In this document: positions 18,547 through 29,900 of the stretch, piece by piece | How positions within the stretch are numbered: position 1 is the first letter of the stretch | How the letters are laid out: every line of letters starts with the position of its first letter | Translations under genes and position numbers: made by a program | Origin: an uncultured Collinsella sp. | GTDB taxonomy: Bacteria > Actinomycetota > Coriobacteriia > Coriobacteriales > Coriobacteriaceae | Assembly: GCA_937922225.1 (NCBI GenBank) | Contig: CAKZUZ010000012.1 | Location: 62,079-126,078, forward strand | Length of the DNA stretch: 64,000 nucleotides | Direction of reading: 5' to 3' | The notes under the pieces: generated by a model | Database searches by the model: none | What the model was told of the DNA's origin: nothing | The model's input: only the letters and a program-made list of their open reading frames with translations

Positions 18547-20406
18547 CTACTGGGCGAATTGGCTGCGGTAGAGCTCGGCATAGAAGCCGCCTGCCGCTAG
18601 CAGCTCGTCGTGCGTGCCGCGCTCGATAATCTCGCCGTCGCGCATCACCAGAATGCAGTCGGCGTTGCGGATGGTGCTCAGGCGGTGCGCCACGACAAAG
18701 CTTGTGCGACCTGCCATGAGCTCGTCGAATGCCGCCTGAACCTGCAGCTCGGTGCGGGTATCGATGCTCGAGGTCGCCTCGTCCAGCAGCAAGATCGCCG
18801 GGTCGGTGAGCATGACGCGCGCGATGCACAGCAGTTGTTTTTGACCCTGGCTAAACGTGCCGCCGTCCTCGCCGATTACCGTATCGTAGCCGCCTGGCAG
18901 CTGCACGATAAACTTGTGCGCATGCGCGCGCTTGGCAGCCTCGATAACCTGCTCGCGCGTGGCATCCGGGCAACCGTAGGCAATGTTTTCGGCCACCGTG
19001 CCCTCGAACAGCCAGGTGTCCTGCAGCACCATGCCAAAGGCGCGGCGCAGGCTTGCGCGCGTGTAGTCACGCGAAGACCGGCCATCGACCGCAATGCGAC
19101 CGGCATCGATATCGTAAAAGCGCAGCAGCAAATTGATGAGCGTCGTCTTGCCGCAGCCCGTGGGACCAACGAGGGCAAAGCGCATGCCGGGCTTGGCCTC
19201 GATGCAAATGTCCTGCAGCAGCTTGCGGTCGTGAACGTAGCTAAAGTCCACATGTTCAAAGGCGACCTCGCCCTTCGGGGCGGCAAGCTCCGCGGCATCC
19301 GTCGCATCGGGCTCCTGCTCGCGCGCATCGAGCAGCGCAAACATGCGGCGCGCCGAGGCGTACGCGGTCTGGATCTGCGTAATGACGTTGGTGACCTCGT
19401 TGAACGGCTTGGTGTACTGGTTGGCATAGGACAGGAAAATCTGCACGCCGCCCACCGTAAGCGCCGCGGGCACGCCCGTGATCACGCCCACGCAGCCGAT
19501 CACAGCGACCACGGCATAGATGATGTTATTGATAAAGCGCGTGCCGGGGTTGGAGAGCGAACCCATAAACTGCGCACGCTCGCCCGCGGTGTAGAGCTCA
19601 GCGTTGAGGGCATCGAAGCGCTGCTGGGCGTTGGGACCATAGGCAAAGGCGTCGACAAGCTTTTGCTCGCCTACGTACTCCTCGATATGACCACCGAGCT
19701 GCCCTTGAATACGCTGCTGTGCCGTAAAGCTTTTGTTGGAGAGCTTGGCAATAGCACCGGCTGCAAAAATGGAAAGCGGCGTGACGAGCACCACCACGAG
19801 CGTCATGGTCAGGTTGATGGAGAGCATAAACGCGAGCGTGCCCACGATGGTAATAACACCGGTGAAGAGCTGCGTGAAGCCCTGCAGCAGACCGTCGCCC
19901 ACCTGATCGACGTCGTTGACCACGCGGCTCATAAGGTCGCCGTGGGCGTGGCTGTCGATAAAGCTGAGCGGCATACGGCTGAGCTTGTCGCTTGCCTCCA
20001 CCCGCATGTCGCGCACCGTCTCGTAGGACAGGCGGTTGACGCAATAGCCCTGCAACCACTGGAAGGCCGCGGCTCCCACCACAACGAGCGCGAGTTTGGT
20101 GACGAGCGGCAGCAGTGCATCGAAATCCACCTGGCTCGCGGCAACAATCAGGTCGATGCCCTCGCCAATGAGAATAGGTGTGTAGAGCTGCAAGATAACG
20201 GAGATGGCGGCACTCACAAACGACGCCGCAAACGAGACGCGGTGCGGGCGAACATAACCCATCAGGCGGCGGGTCACCGCGCCCACGGGATAGCGCTCGG
20301 GATCGCCGGGCTGGCGTGGGCCGTCACCCAGGTCGTTGAGGTTATCGTTACCGGACACGTTTGCCGCCATCGTGGCGACCGAACCGGAGGAAGTGTACGG
20401 ATTCAT
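18547..20406 (-). CDS. ABC exporter, TMD+NBD (heterodimer subunit)
   Basis: GPTGCGKT, FSQGQKQ, LLLDEATSSID. Confidence 0.95.
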   Translation of the reverse strand: MNPYTSSGSVATMAANVSGNDNLNDLGDGPRQPGDPERYPVGAVTRRLMGYVRPHRVSFAASFVSAAISVILQLYTPILIGEGIDLIVAASQVDFDALLPLVTKLALVVVGAAAFQWLQGYCVNRLSYETVRDMRVEASDKLSRMPLSFIDSHAHGDLMSRVVNDVDQVGDGLLQGFTQLFTGVITIVGTLAFMLSINLTMTLVVVLVTPLSIFAAGAIAKLSNKSFTAQQRIQGQLGGHIEEYVGEQKLVDAFAYGPNAQQRFDALNAELYTAGERAQFMGSLSNPGTRFINNIIYAVVAVIGCVGVITGVPAALTVGGVQIFLSYANQYTKPFNEVTNVITQIQTAYASARRMFALLDAREQEPDATDAAELAAPKGEVAFEHVDFSYVHDRKLLQDICIEAKPGMRFALVGPTGCGKTTLINLLLRFYDIDAGRIAVDGRSSRDYTRASLRRAFGMVLQDTWLFEGTVAENIAYGCPDATREQVIEAAKRAHAHKFIVQLPGGYDTVIGEDGGTFSQGQKQLLCIARVMLTDPAILLLDEATSSIDTRTELQVQAAFDELMAGRTSFVVAHRLSTIRNADCILVMRDGEIIERGTHDELLAAGGFYAELYRSQFAQ

Positions 20407-22269
20407 TTAGCAGCCCTCCTTTGCGCAGACAGATGCGGGGACGGTCGGAGCGGACGCGGGTCTTGGGGTGGGCGTGGGCGTCGTGCTCCCCTGCTGGCCC
20501 TCGAGCTCCTCGCGGCGCAGCTGCGACTGGCAAATCTCACGATAGAGTTGGCAGCTTGCATACAACTCGTCATGCGTGCCCAGGCCCGCGACCGAGCCGT
20601 GGTCGAGTACGCAGATCATGTCGGCGTCGTGCACGGTCGATACGCGCTGGCTCACGATGACGGTTGTCAGCGGCAGCCCGCCCTCGGCGGCACCGCGCAC
20701 GCTGCGCTCGCGGATGGCATGGCGAAGCGCCGTGTCGGTCTTAAAGTCGAGCGCCGAGGCGGAGTCGTCCATGATCAGAATCTGGGGCGAGCCCACCAGG
20801 GCACGCGCGATGGTCAGGCGCTGGCGCTGACCACCGCTAAAGTTCTTGCCGCCCGCCTCGACCGGGGCGTCGAGCCCCTGCGGCTTGTTGCGCACAAACT
20901 CGCTGGCCTGCGCCATATCGAGCGCCGCCCAGAGCTCATCGTCGGTCGCCGCCTCGTCGCGCCAGGTCAGGTTACTGCGGATGGTGCCACTCACCAGCGA
21001 CGCACGCTGCGGAACGGTTGCGACCACATGGCGCAGCTGGTCGAGCGGCCAGGCGCGCACGTCGGCGCCCATCACGCTCACGCTGCCGGTGCCCGCATCG
21101 TACAGGCGCGGGATAAGCGAGACGAGCGTGGACTTGCCGCTACCCGTACCGCCGATAATGCCGAGCGTCTTGCCCAGCGGGAGTTCCAGCGTCACACCGT
21201 TGATGGCATTTGCCGCGCCCGCGCCAAAAGAGAAGCTCGCATGGCTCAAGCTCAGCGCAGGAACTGGAGCGACATTGCCCGGCTTGGGCAGCGCGACCGG
21301 CTGGTTGTCCCCGTCGGTGATGCTCGGCTCGCAATTGAGCACCTCGTTGATGCGCGACGCGCTGGCGCTCGCCTTGGTAAAGACCACGACCAGGTTGGCG
21401 ACATACACGATGGAGGTGAGGGTCTGCGTCATGTAGTTCACAAACGCCATGACCTGACCCTGCGTGAGCTCGCCCACGTTGACCTGGATGCCGCCCACCC
21501 ACAGGATGGCGCACACGCCCAGGTTCATCACCAAAAAGGTGACGGGGTTGAGAATCGACGAAAGCTTGCCCACCACGATGGCGGTATTGGCCTGGTCGTC
21601 GGCGGCCTGGGCAAAGCGCTCGCGCTCGTGGTCTTCGCGCACAAACGCACGAACCACGCGGGCGCCCGAAAGCCCCTCGCGGCAAATAAGCGCGATGCGG
21701 TCGAGCTTTGCCTGCAGCTGCCTGTAGTACGGAATGCAGCGCGCCATGACAAACCAAAACACCAGGCCAATGGCGGGCGTGCAAATCAAGAAAATCACGC
21801 CAAGCTTAAGGTCGATGGCAAGGGCCGCGACCATGGAGCCCACCGCCAGGAAAGGCCAGCGGATGAGCATGCGCACGCCCAGCGCCACGGCAAGCTGCAC
21901 CTGGTTGACGTCGTTGGTAATGCGCGTGATGAGCGACGGCGTGCCAAAGCGATCGAGCTCAGCATAGCTCAGCTTGTTGATGTGCTGGTAGAGCGCACCA
22001 CGGATATCGGTACCCATGCCCTGCGAGGTGAGCGCCGCCATCTTTTGGCAGACGAGCGTAAACGAGATGCCGATCACAGCCATGGCGCCAAGTACCATGC
22101 CGTAGTGGATAACGGCATTAACGTCGTGCGAGCCAATGCCCTTATCGATCATCTGGGCAATCACCAGCGGCGTCAGCAGGTCAAAGATCACTTCGATCAA
22201 CTTGCACGCAGGGCCAATCACCATATACCGGCGAAACTTACCACCAAAACGCCTGAGCAGCTCAATCAT
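20407..22269 (-). CDS. ABC exporter, TMD+NBD (heterodimer subunit with degenerate Walker B)
   Basis: GGTGSGKS, FSGGQRQR, IMDDSASALD. Likely start MIELLRRF. Confidence 0.95.
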   Translation of the reverse strand: MIELLRRFGGKFRRYMVIGPACKLIEVIFDLLTPLVIAQMIDKGIGSHDVNAVIHYGMVLGAMAVIGISFTLVCQKMAALTSQGMGTDIRGALYQHINKLSYAELDRFGTPSLITRITNDVNQVQLAVALGVRMLIRWPFLAVGSMVAALAIDLKLGVIFLICTPAIGLVFWFVMARCIPYYRQLQAKLDRIALICREGLSGARVVRAFVREDHERERFAQAADDQANTAIVVGKLSSILNPVTFLVMNLGVCAILWVGGIQVNVGELTQGQVMAFVNYMTQTLTSIVYVANLVVVFTKASASASRINEVLNCEPSITDGDNQPVALPKPGNVAPVPALSLSHASFSFGAGAANAINGVTLELPLGKTLGIIGGTGSGKSTLVSLIPRLYDAGTGSVSVMGADVRAWPLDQLRHVVATVPQRASLVSGTIRSNLTWRDEAATDDELWAALDMAQASEFVRNKPQGLDAPVEAGGKNFSGGQRQRLTIARALVGSPQILIMDDSASALDFKTDTALRHAIRERSVRGAAEGGLPLTTVIVSQRVSTVHDADMICVLDHGSVAGLGTHDELYASCQLYREICQSQLRREELEGQQGSTTPTPTPRPASAPTVPASVCAKEGC

Positions 22270-22478
22270 GTATAGGCGCTCCCTATCATCATTCACACTC
22301 AATTCGAACCATGATAGTACCGCCACCCCAAAAGAAGCGTAAACAACTCGTCATTTCTAACGGGATTCAGTTTTCAGAGGGGTATACGCGCACACCCAGC
22401 CAGTGGCGGGCAAACCGCCTGATATACTTAGATTAGTGCTACCAAGTTAGTCGCCGACCCTTGAAATGAGGTGCCGAG

Positions 22479-23483
22479 ATGAACGACATTCTCGCAAGAA
22501 GAGCAAGACGAGCAACCTTGGGCATCGCCCTTTCCGCGGCACTCGCCGCGGGAATCGCCCCCGTAACGGCGATCGCGGCAGAAACCAGCGCCCCCACCGG
22601 TGCGGCCGTTTCGCAGACGAGCACCGCCAACGGCAATTCGGGCGCCCTGCAGACGGAAGATGCGGCCGCCGCAAAGGAAAAAGCGTATGCAGCCATGCAG
22701 GAAGCGCTCAAAACCCTCGAGGCCGCAAAAGACGCCGCAAGTCCCGAGAAACTTGCGGAAATCGATGATGACATTGCCGCTTTTCAAGAGATCTACGACA
22801 TGGTGGTGACGGAAGCCGCCAAACGGAGGGAACCCCTTCCCGCCATGCAAGCGAACGTCGATGCAGCCCAAGCCAAATACGATGAGGCCCACAACCGGAC
22901 AAGCGGCCTTCAGGCAGAATTAAATAAGGCAATCGACGACGGAGCTTCTAACGAAACTATTAAGCAGTTGCGAAGTGAGATCATGTCGGCAGAAAGGCGA
23001 GAAAAATCTTGTGAAGATGATCTTCACCACTGCCAACGCCGGCTCGAAAGCCAGGAAAGACAGGTTCAGTATTTCGAAAGTGAGGCAGAGGAAGCCAAAG
23101 CCCACATCGACGAGGACATAGCCAAGCGAAATGCGCTCCTTGGCGATTTGGAAAAGGCGCAAGCGGCCTATGACGACGCCTGCAAGGCATACGAAGAGGC
23201 GAAAATCGCGGCAGACAAGGCCACCTCACCCGAAATAACGAAACCCGCCGAGACGACAAAACCCTCCAGCTCAGCGCAGCCGGCCGAAACGGCACAGCCC
23301 GCCAGCTCGCCCGCGACCGGCAAATACGCTCCATCGAGCTCCACCAAGCAAGCAGATACGACCGACGGCAAGCTCGCGAACACGAGCGACGCAGCGCCGA
23401 GCGCAATCACACTCGCAGGAATCGCCGCCGCAGGGTTCGGAATAACCGCCACAGCCACACGCCGCATCAAGAACTCAAAATAG
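22479..23483 (+). CDS. Secreted coiled-coil surface protein with degenerate sorting signal (LANTSD)
   Basis: Signal peptide, heptad-rich E/A/K core, Pro/Ser/Thr linker, weakly hydrophobic tail and RRIK. Confidence 0.7.
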   Translation: MNDILARRARRATLGIALSAALAAGIAPVTAIAAETSAPTGAAVSQTSTANGNSGALQTEDAAAAKEKAYAAMQEALKTLEAAKDAASPEKLAEIDDDIAAFQEIYDMVVTEAAKRREPLPAMQANVDAAQAKYDEAHNRTSGLQAELNKAIDDGASNETIKQLRSEIMSAERREKSCEDDLHHCQRRLESQERQVQYFESEAEEAKAHIDEDIAKRNALLGDLEKAQAAYDDACKAYEEAKIAADKATSPEITKPAETTKPSSSAQPAETAQPASSPATGKYAPSSSTKQADTTDGKLANTSDAAPSAITLAGIAAAGFGITATATRRIKNSK

Positions 23484-23528
23484 CCGACAGAGCATTCTGC
23501 CTTCACCAATCCACAAGCCCAGAGACAA

Positions 23529-23569
23529 AAAGAGGCCCGTTTCCCCAACCAAGGGAAACGGGCCTCTTT
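23529..23569 (+). terminator. Intrinsic terminator
   Basis: aaagaggcccgtttccc..gggaaacgggcctcttt. Confidence 0.75.
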
Positions 23570-23934
23570 AACTACAAAAAATCAAGCAACAGCACCGCCG
23601 CCTCTTGAACCACGTAGCCATTGATGTCTTGGCGCAGTCAGCGAGCGCCATCCAGGGCGAACAAGTTGGCATGAAAAAGGCAAGGCATAGACCTTCTGGT
23701 CATGCCTTGCCTTTTGAATGACAAATTGTCGCCCTGGGTGGCGCGCAGCGTCGAGCATTGCGCGGTTTGGTAAAACCGCGCAAAAAAGCGCGCTCGATGG
23801 ATTCGGATGCCCGACAGAGGCTCCTTATGGCTGCTTCCTTCCGGACCTGACCAGATTCGGAACATGTCGTCATCCGAACCCATCGAACGCGCTAGGCGCT
23901 CGGTATATCTTACCTGCTCCCGCCCGCCACGGCA

Positions 23935-23970
23935 AGTGGGGCGAACCCATCGGATGGATTCGCCCCACTC
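23935..23970 (-). terminator. Hairpin after the large adhesin gene
   Basis: agtggggcgaacccatc/gatggattcgccccact. Confidence 0.55.
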
Positions 23971-23980
23971 GTCCATATCG

Positions 23981-26900
23981 CTAGCGGCGCCTGCGGTACA
24001 GGACCGCGCCGCCCGCGACGGCCAGCGCGCCGATGCCGGCCATGGCGCCGAGCGCCTCAACCGGCAGGCTGCGGTCGCCGGTGTCGGGCATACCGCCCTT
24101 GGAGCCGTCGCCGCCGGAGCCTCCGCCGGAGCCGTTATCGGAACCGCCGCCCGAGCCGCCGCCCGGCGTGCCGGGGTTCTCGGGGTTCTCGGGGGTGCCG
24201 GGCTCCTCGACGTAGCTGTTGGTGAAGACCGGCGGCACGTTGGCGTCGCCCTCGTAGGAGACCTTCGCCGACAGGTAGCCCGTCTTGGTGCCGTCTGCTG
24301 CCTCGTCGCTCACCGTGACGACGATCTTGTGCACCGCCTTGTCGTAGGTCACGTGCGCCTGGCCGTCGTCGACCTCGCTCACCGTGAAGGTGTAGGTGCC
24401 GGCCTGCTTGAAGGTCAGCGCATCGAACGTGACGCTGCCATCGGCGGCATTCTTGGCGGTCGACATGACCTTGCCGTCCCGGCTCTTGAGCTCAAAGCTA
24501 AACTGGCCCGCCTTGAGCTCGGCGCCCTTGAGCACCTTGGCGGCGCCCAGTTTGAGGGTGACGGGTGCGGCCTCGTAGCCGTTGGTAAAGGTCACCGAGG
24601 TGTCGCCCACGGCATTGCCCTCGGCATCCGCCAGCTCGTGCTTGACGGCGAGCGTGCCGTTACCGGCATCGGTAACCGTCGTGCGCACGCAGTACGTCGT
24701 CTTGTCGTACGTCACGCCGCCCGCCGTGCCGGCGACCTCGCGCAGCTCGTAGCTGTGCGTGCCGGGCGCGGTGTAGGTGACGGGGCTGAGTTCGACCGTT
24801 CCGTCGGCGACGTTCTTGCCCGTCGCCGCGACGCTCTCGCTGCCGTCGGCGGCAATCTCGACCAGCTGGAACTCGAACTCGCCCTCGGCCAGGTCACGGC
24901 CCTTGAGCTTCTTGCCCACCTTGATCTGGTCGGTGACGGAGCTCGGCGTCGGGCTCACGACGTAGGTGTTGGTGAACTCGAACGCGCCCTTGCCCTCGGG
25001 CGTGCCCTCTGCGGGCAGGACCTCCGCGGCGAGCGTGCCCGCGGCGGTGTCCTCGACCACCCTGACCGTGAAGGTCCTGGTCGCCGTCGCGTCGTTGGCC
25101 ACGCCGTCGACCGAGCCGGACTCGCTCACCCGGTAGGCGAACGTCTTGGCGCGCAGGCCGTCGCGGTCGATCTCGACGTCATCGAGGTCGCTCGGCTGCC
25201 TGAACGTGACGTGGCCCAGCTCGACGTTGCCGGCGGCATCGTTGGTCGCCTCGGTCACCGTCTTGCCGGAGGCGTCGACCGGTGCGGGCGCGCCGTCCAG
25301 CGGCTCAATCTTAAAGGTGTACCTGCCCGCGATGTCAGCCTGCGTGAGGCCGAGTCCGGCCTGGCCGAGCGCCAGCGTCTTGGTACCCGCGATGTCGACC
25401 GTCGCCTCGACGGCGCTATAGCCGTTCACAAACGACAGCGTGCCGTCGGAGCCCTCGGGGTAGACCACGGTCACATCCAGCCCGCCCTTGCCGTTATCGG
25501 TCACCTTGACCGTGATGCCGAAGCTCGACGCGGCCGCCGTCACGCCCGCGGGCAGCCGGTCCGTGCCGTCCTCGGATACGGTATAGGGGATGGTCCAGGA
25601 GCCGTCGCCGGCCCTGGTGGCGGTGCCGTCCGCCACCATCTGCTTAAGCGAGTCGGTGGTGTAGGCGATGGGCGAGAACGCGAGCCCCGCGGCCACGCCG
25701 TCGCCGGAGGCCTGGTTGGTCGCGGTCGCGACCACGTTACCCCGGGCATCGCGGACGGAGAACGAGAACTCGCCTGCCGCCGCGGCGCGGCCCGCCAGCG
25801 TCTTGGTGGCGTTGATAACCGCGCCGCCCTCGCCGCCGAGCGTTCCGGTGGCCTCGTAGGAGTTCTGGAACGCGACCGTCACGGGCGCGGGCGCCGCCAT
25901 GGCGTCATCTGCCGTGGAGACCTCGCTGCGGGCGAGCTCGACACCGTCCCTGGCAACCGTGGTCGTGACCGTGAGCTTGCCCGTCGCGGCATCGTAGGCG
26001 GGCGCGATGGTCACCGTGCGTGGCGCGGTGTCGTTGGCGTAGCCCTCGCCGCCGAGCTTGGTCTCGGTGACGGTGAAGCTGTAGGTCTTGTCCGCGTCGG
26101 CGTCGGTGGACTTCACGTCGCCCCCCGCGGTCCCGCCGATGAGGTCGACCAGGTCGGCCGCACCGTCATCGGCCGCGGAAACGGTATAGGCGTCCTTGCC
26201 GGTCTTGAGGCCGAGCTTGGCGGCCGTCTCGGAGTCCGCGGTCACGGTGAAGGCGAACTGCCCCGCCTCCATGGCGCGGCCGGAGAGCGCCTTGGACAGG
26301 CGCACGCCCGCGCGGGCCGAGTAGTCGAGCTCGGTCGTGTAGGTGTTGACGAAGTCGCCGCCGCTCGCCTGCGCGATCGCGGGCGTCGAGGCCGTGAGGT
26401 TGCCGGAGCCGTCGTCGGTCACGGTCACCGTCATCGTGGCGACGCGGCCGTCGTAGGTCACGCCGGCGATAGTCGAACCGTCATCGGGCCTGACCTCGCG
26501 CACCGTGTAGGTAAAGGTCCTGGCGCGTACGCGCTTGCCGCCGACCTCGGCGAACCCGGCGTCCTTGATGTCGTCGAGCGTGTAACGGATGGGGCCGAAG
26601 TCGAAGGCGACCCTATCGCCCGCCTTGGTGCCAGCGGCGGCCGTCATGCTGACGGTCTTGGAGCCGTCGGCAGCGCCCTCGGGCATGGGAGCGCCGTCCT
26701 CGCCCGTGAGCGTGAACTGGAAGCTATCGCCCTCCGCCCAGTCGCGACCCTTGAGCGTCTTGGTGAAGAGCCCCGCGGTGGAGACGTCCCTGCCCTCGGT
26801 GGCCGTTCCGTACGTGTTGGTGAACGCGACGGTCGCGCCGTCCTCGGTCACGGCGCCTTCGGCCTTGGAGCCGTCAGCCCCGTTAACAGCAGTCGTGTAG

Positions 26901-29900
26901 CCCTCGGCGGCATCCTCGGTCACGGCGTAGCGCGCGCCCACGGGCAGGCCGGCGATGGTCTTCTCCCCGCCGTCCTTAAGCGTGAAGGTCGCCTTGCCGT
27001 CCGTAAACGTCACGGCGTCCTCGCCCTTGCCGAAGGTGCCGGAGACGGGCTCGCCGTCCCTGTCGGCCAGCGCGACCGTGAAGCCGAACTCGCGCTGGCT
27101 GTCGCCGCCGACGACCGTCTTCTTGACGGTGATGCTGCCCTCGCGGGACACGCTGTTGTGGGTCGTGTTGGTCTGGGATTCGTTCTCCCCCACCTTGACC
27201 GTGGCGGTGTTGGAGATGTCGTCGACCACGGCGGCTTCGGCGGAGACCTTCACGTCAAAGCTGAGCGTGCCCGTGGCGCCCGCAGCCTGCTCGCCGAGCG
27301 ACCAGGTAAGAGTGCGCGTCGCGGCGTCGTAGGCGGCGCCGTCGGCAGAGCCCTCGACGTAGTCAACGCCCTTGGGCAGGACATCGGTCACCGTCACGTC
27401 GGCCGCCTGCGCGGCGCCCCTGTCATCGACGCTGTTATTGGCCCAGCCGATGGTATAGGTGAGGGTATCGCCCACGCCCACCAGCCTGCCATCCACATTG
27501 ACCTTGGCACCCGAGGCGTCCGCCTTGGTGACGGTCTTGGTGTTGTCGTGCGGCGTGAAGGTGTTGGTGAAGGTCTTCTTGCCCCGCTCGTTGGAGATCT
27601 CGGCCTTAAGGCCGGCACCGGTCTGAGTCACCGTGATGTCGAAGGTGTAGGCATGCGCATCGCCCTCAATCAGGACATCGCCGCTTGCCTTCTCGGTCAC
27701 GGTCGCGTGGTAGGCACCCGGATTGGTGAAGCTGAGCTCGCCAAAGGAAACCTTGCCGTCCTTGTCATTCTTCGCCTCGATTGGGTAGCCCTCGAGAACA
27801 TTGCCCGCGCCGTCGGCGAGGGAGAGCTCAAAGGCGAACTCCCCCTCCTGGAGGCCGGGCTTGCGGCCGCCCGCGAGCACCTTGGTGAGCTCGGGGACGG
27901 ACGCCGTGGCGGGGGCGGGGTCGAAGGTGTTGGTGAAGGCGGCGGAGGAGACCTGGTCAGCCGAGATGGAGCCATCGGCCCTAGATCCCTCGGCTCCGTT
28001 CACCGCGGCCTTGTAGCCATCGGCGGCACGTTCGGTCACCGTGTAGGCGGTTCCCGCGGGCAGCCCCGTGATCCTCGCCGTCTGGCCATCTTTGAGCTTG
28101 AGGGTCGCCTTGCCGTCCTCGAACGTCGCGTCACCGTAGGCGCCGGACACGCCGTGGCCCGCGGCATCGGTGGCCTCGACCGCAAACTCAAATGTCTTGT
28201 CCGCGTCGACCGCCAGGCCCTCGCGCGCCGCGACGGCCTTGGAGACGTCGAGCTCGCCCGTCTTCACGGTGTTGGTCACGGTGAAGCCGTGCTCGGCGTC
28301 GCCGGTGACCTTAGAGCTGTAGCCCTCGACGGGCACCTCGGCCACGGCGTAGTCGATCACGGAGCCGGACTTGGAGTACTTGGGCAGGCCCTCGAAGGAG
28401 TGCTTCCAGCTATTGGACTTCGACAGCTCGGCCGACTCGCCGGTGTCCTTCCCGTCGGCGAGCAGGCGCACGGTGGCCTTCTCGGCCGCCGGGCCGACCC
28501 ACTTCTTCTCGACGGGCACCGAGACCTTGGCCGTGGAGGTGTTGGTCACGGTGAAGCCGCGCTCGGCGTCGCCGGTGACCTTAGAGCTGTAGCCCTCGAC
28601 GGGCACCTCGGCCACGGCGTAGTCGATCACGGAGCCGGACTTGGAGTACTTGGGCAGGCCCTCGAAGGAGTGCTTCCAGCTATTGGACTTCGACAGCTCG
28701 GCCGACTCGCCGGTGTCCTTCCCGTCGGCGAGCAGGCGCACGGTGGCCTTCTCGGCCGCCGGGCCGACCCACTTCTTCTCGACGGGCACCGAGACCTTGG
28801 CCGTGGAGGTGTTGGTCACGGTGAAGCCGCGCTCGGCGTCGCCGGTGACCGCGGAGTCATAGCCCTCGACGGGGTCCTCGGACACGGTGTAGTGCGCGCC
28901 CGCGGGCAGGTTGGAGAAGACGCCCTTCCAGTCGTTGGACTCGCTCAGGGTGATCGAATCGATGACGGTATCGCCGTTCTTGAGATTTACTTTGACCTTA
29001 TTAGGATGGGGAATCCTGGGGTTCTCCCAGACCTTTTTGATGGGAATGTCGATGTTCTCGGACTTGCCGATGATGACACCGCCGTTGGCGCCGATGCCGC
29101 CTCCCCGCTCGGCCGTATTGCCAGAGATCGTCAGCGACGTCTGACCGCGGCCGAGGTTATACACATCCTCGCTCATCACAGATTTAAGCGCGACGTTCGG
29201 CGTGGCGTCGGTAAAGGACAGGGGCTCGCCGTTGCCACCGTCGGGAGAGAATCGCGGGATTTCGGTGTTTGTTTCCGCATAAGTGCCTTCGGGGTTAAAC
29301 AGCCCACCGTCTCTGTACCAGCTGACCTTTCCGCCGCCCGGAGCGCGGTTGGCCAAGGTCAGTTTGTATTTGGCGTCTTTGAAGCCGGTGAAGACGAGGT
29401 CGTCTCCCGCCTCATCGGCCGAGTTCCTGGCGATCAGGCCACCGTTCTGGACGTAGACCTTGGCATCTCCGGTCGGGCAGAACCACATGCCGCCGCCCTG
29501 CTTTTTCGCATGGTTATCAACAACGAGAGCGTTTTCGATATGGAGCGTGCTATAGACGAGATACTCGTTGCCTTCGCTATATACGCCGCCACCCATATTC
29601 CGAGCAGTATTGTCCTTGATCTCGCCCGCACTGAGCTTGACGTCATCTGAATAGGTATAGATGCCTCCGCCGGCGGAAGCGGAGTTACCCGATACGGAGC
29701 CACCTTTCATAGTGAAAGCGGTATGGTCCCTACCACCCTGCTGCAGGCCGCGATCGACCACGCACACTCCGCCGCCTTTGCCATCAGAATACGCAATATT
29801 GTCCTCGATCTTGCCGCCCTTGAGGGTAAACTCGGCATTCCCTTCGACGTGCACTGCGCCGGAGGGAGTTCGATTCCCAAGCTTATAGCCTCTGTTGCGC

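Noticed and set aside
23807..29650. 1947-aa plus-strand ORF (likewise 9353-12094, 18610-22275, 2244-4031, 5768-7774, 55334-57073)
   Set aside because: Antisense shadows of well-supported genes, expected from high GC3 bias, with no recognisable motifs.
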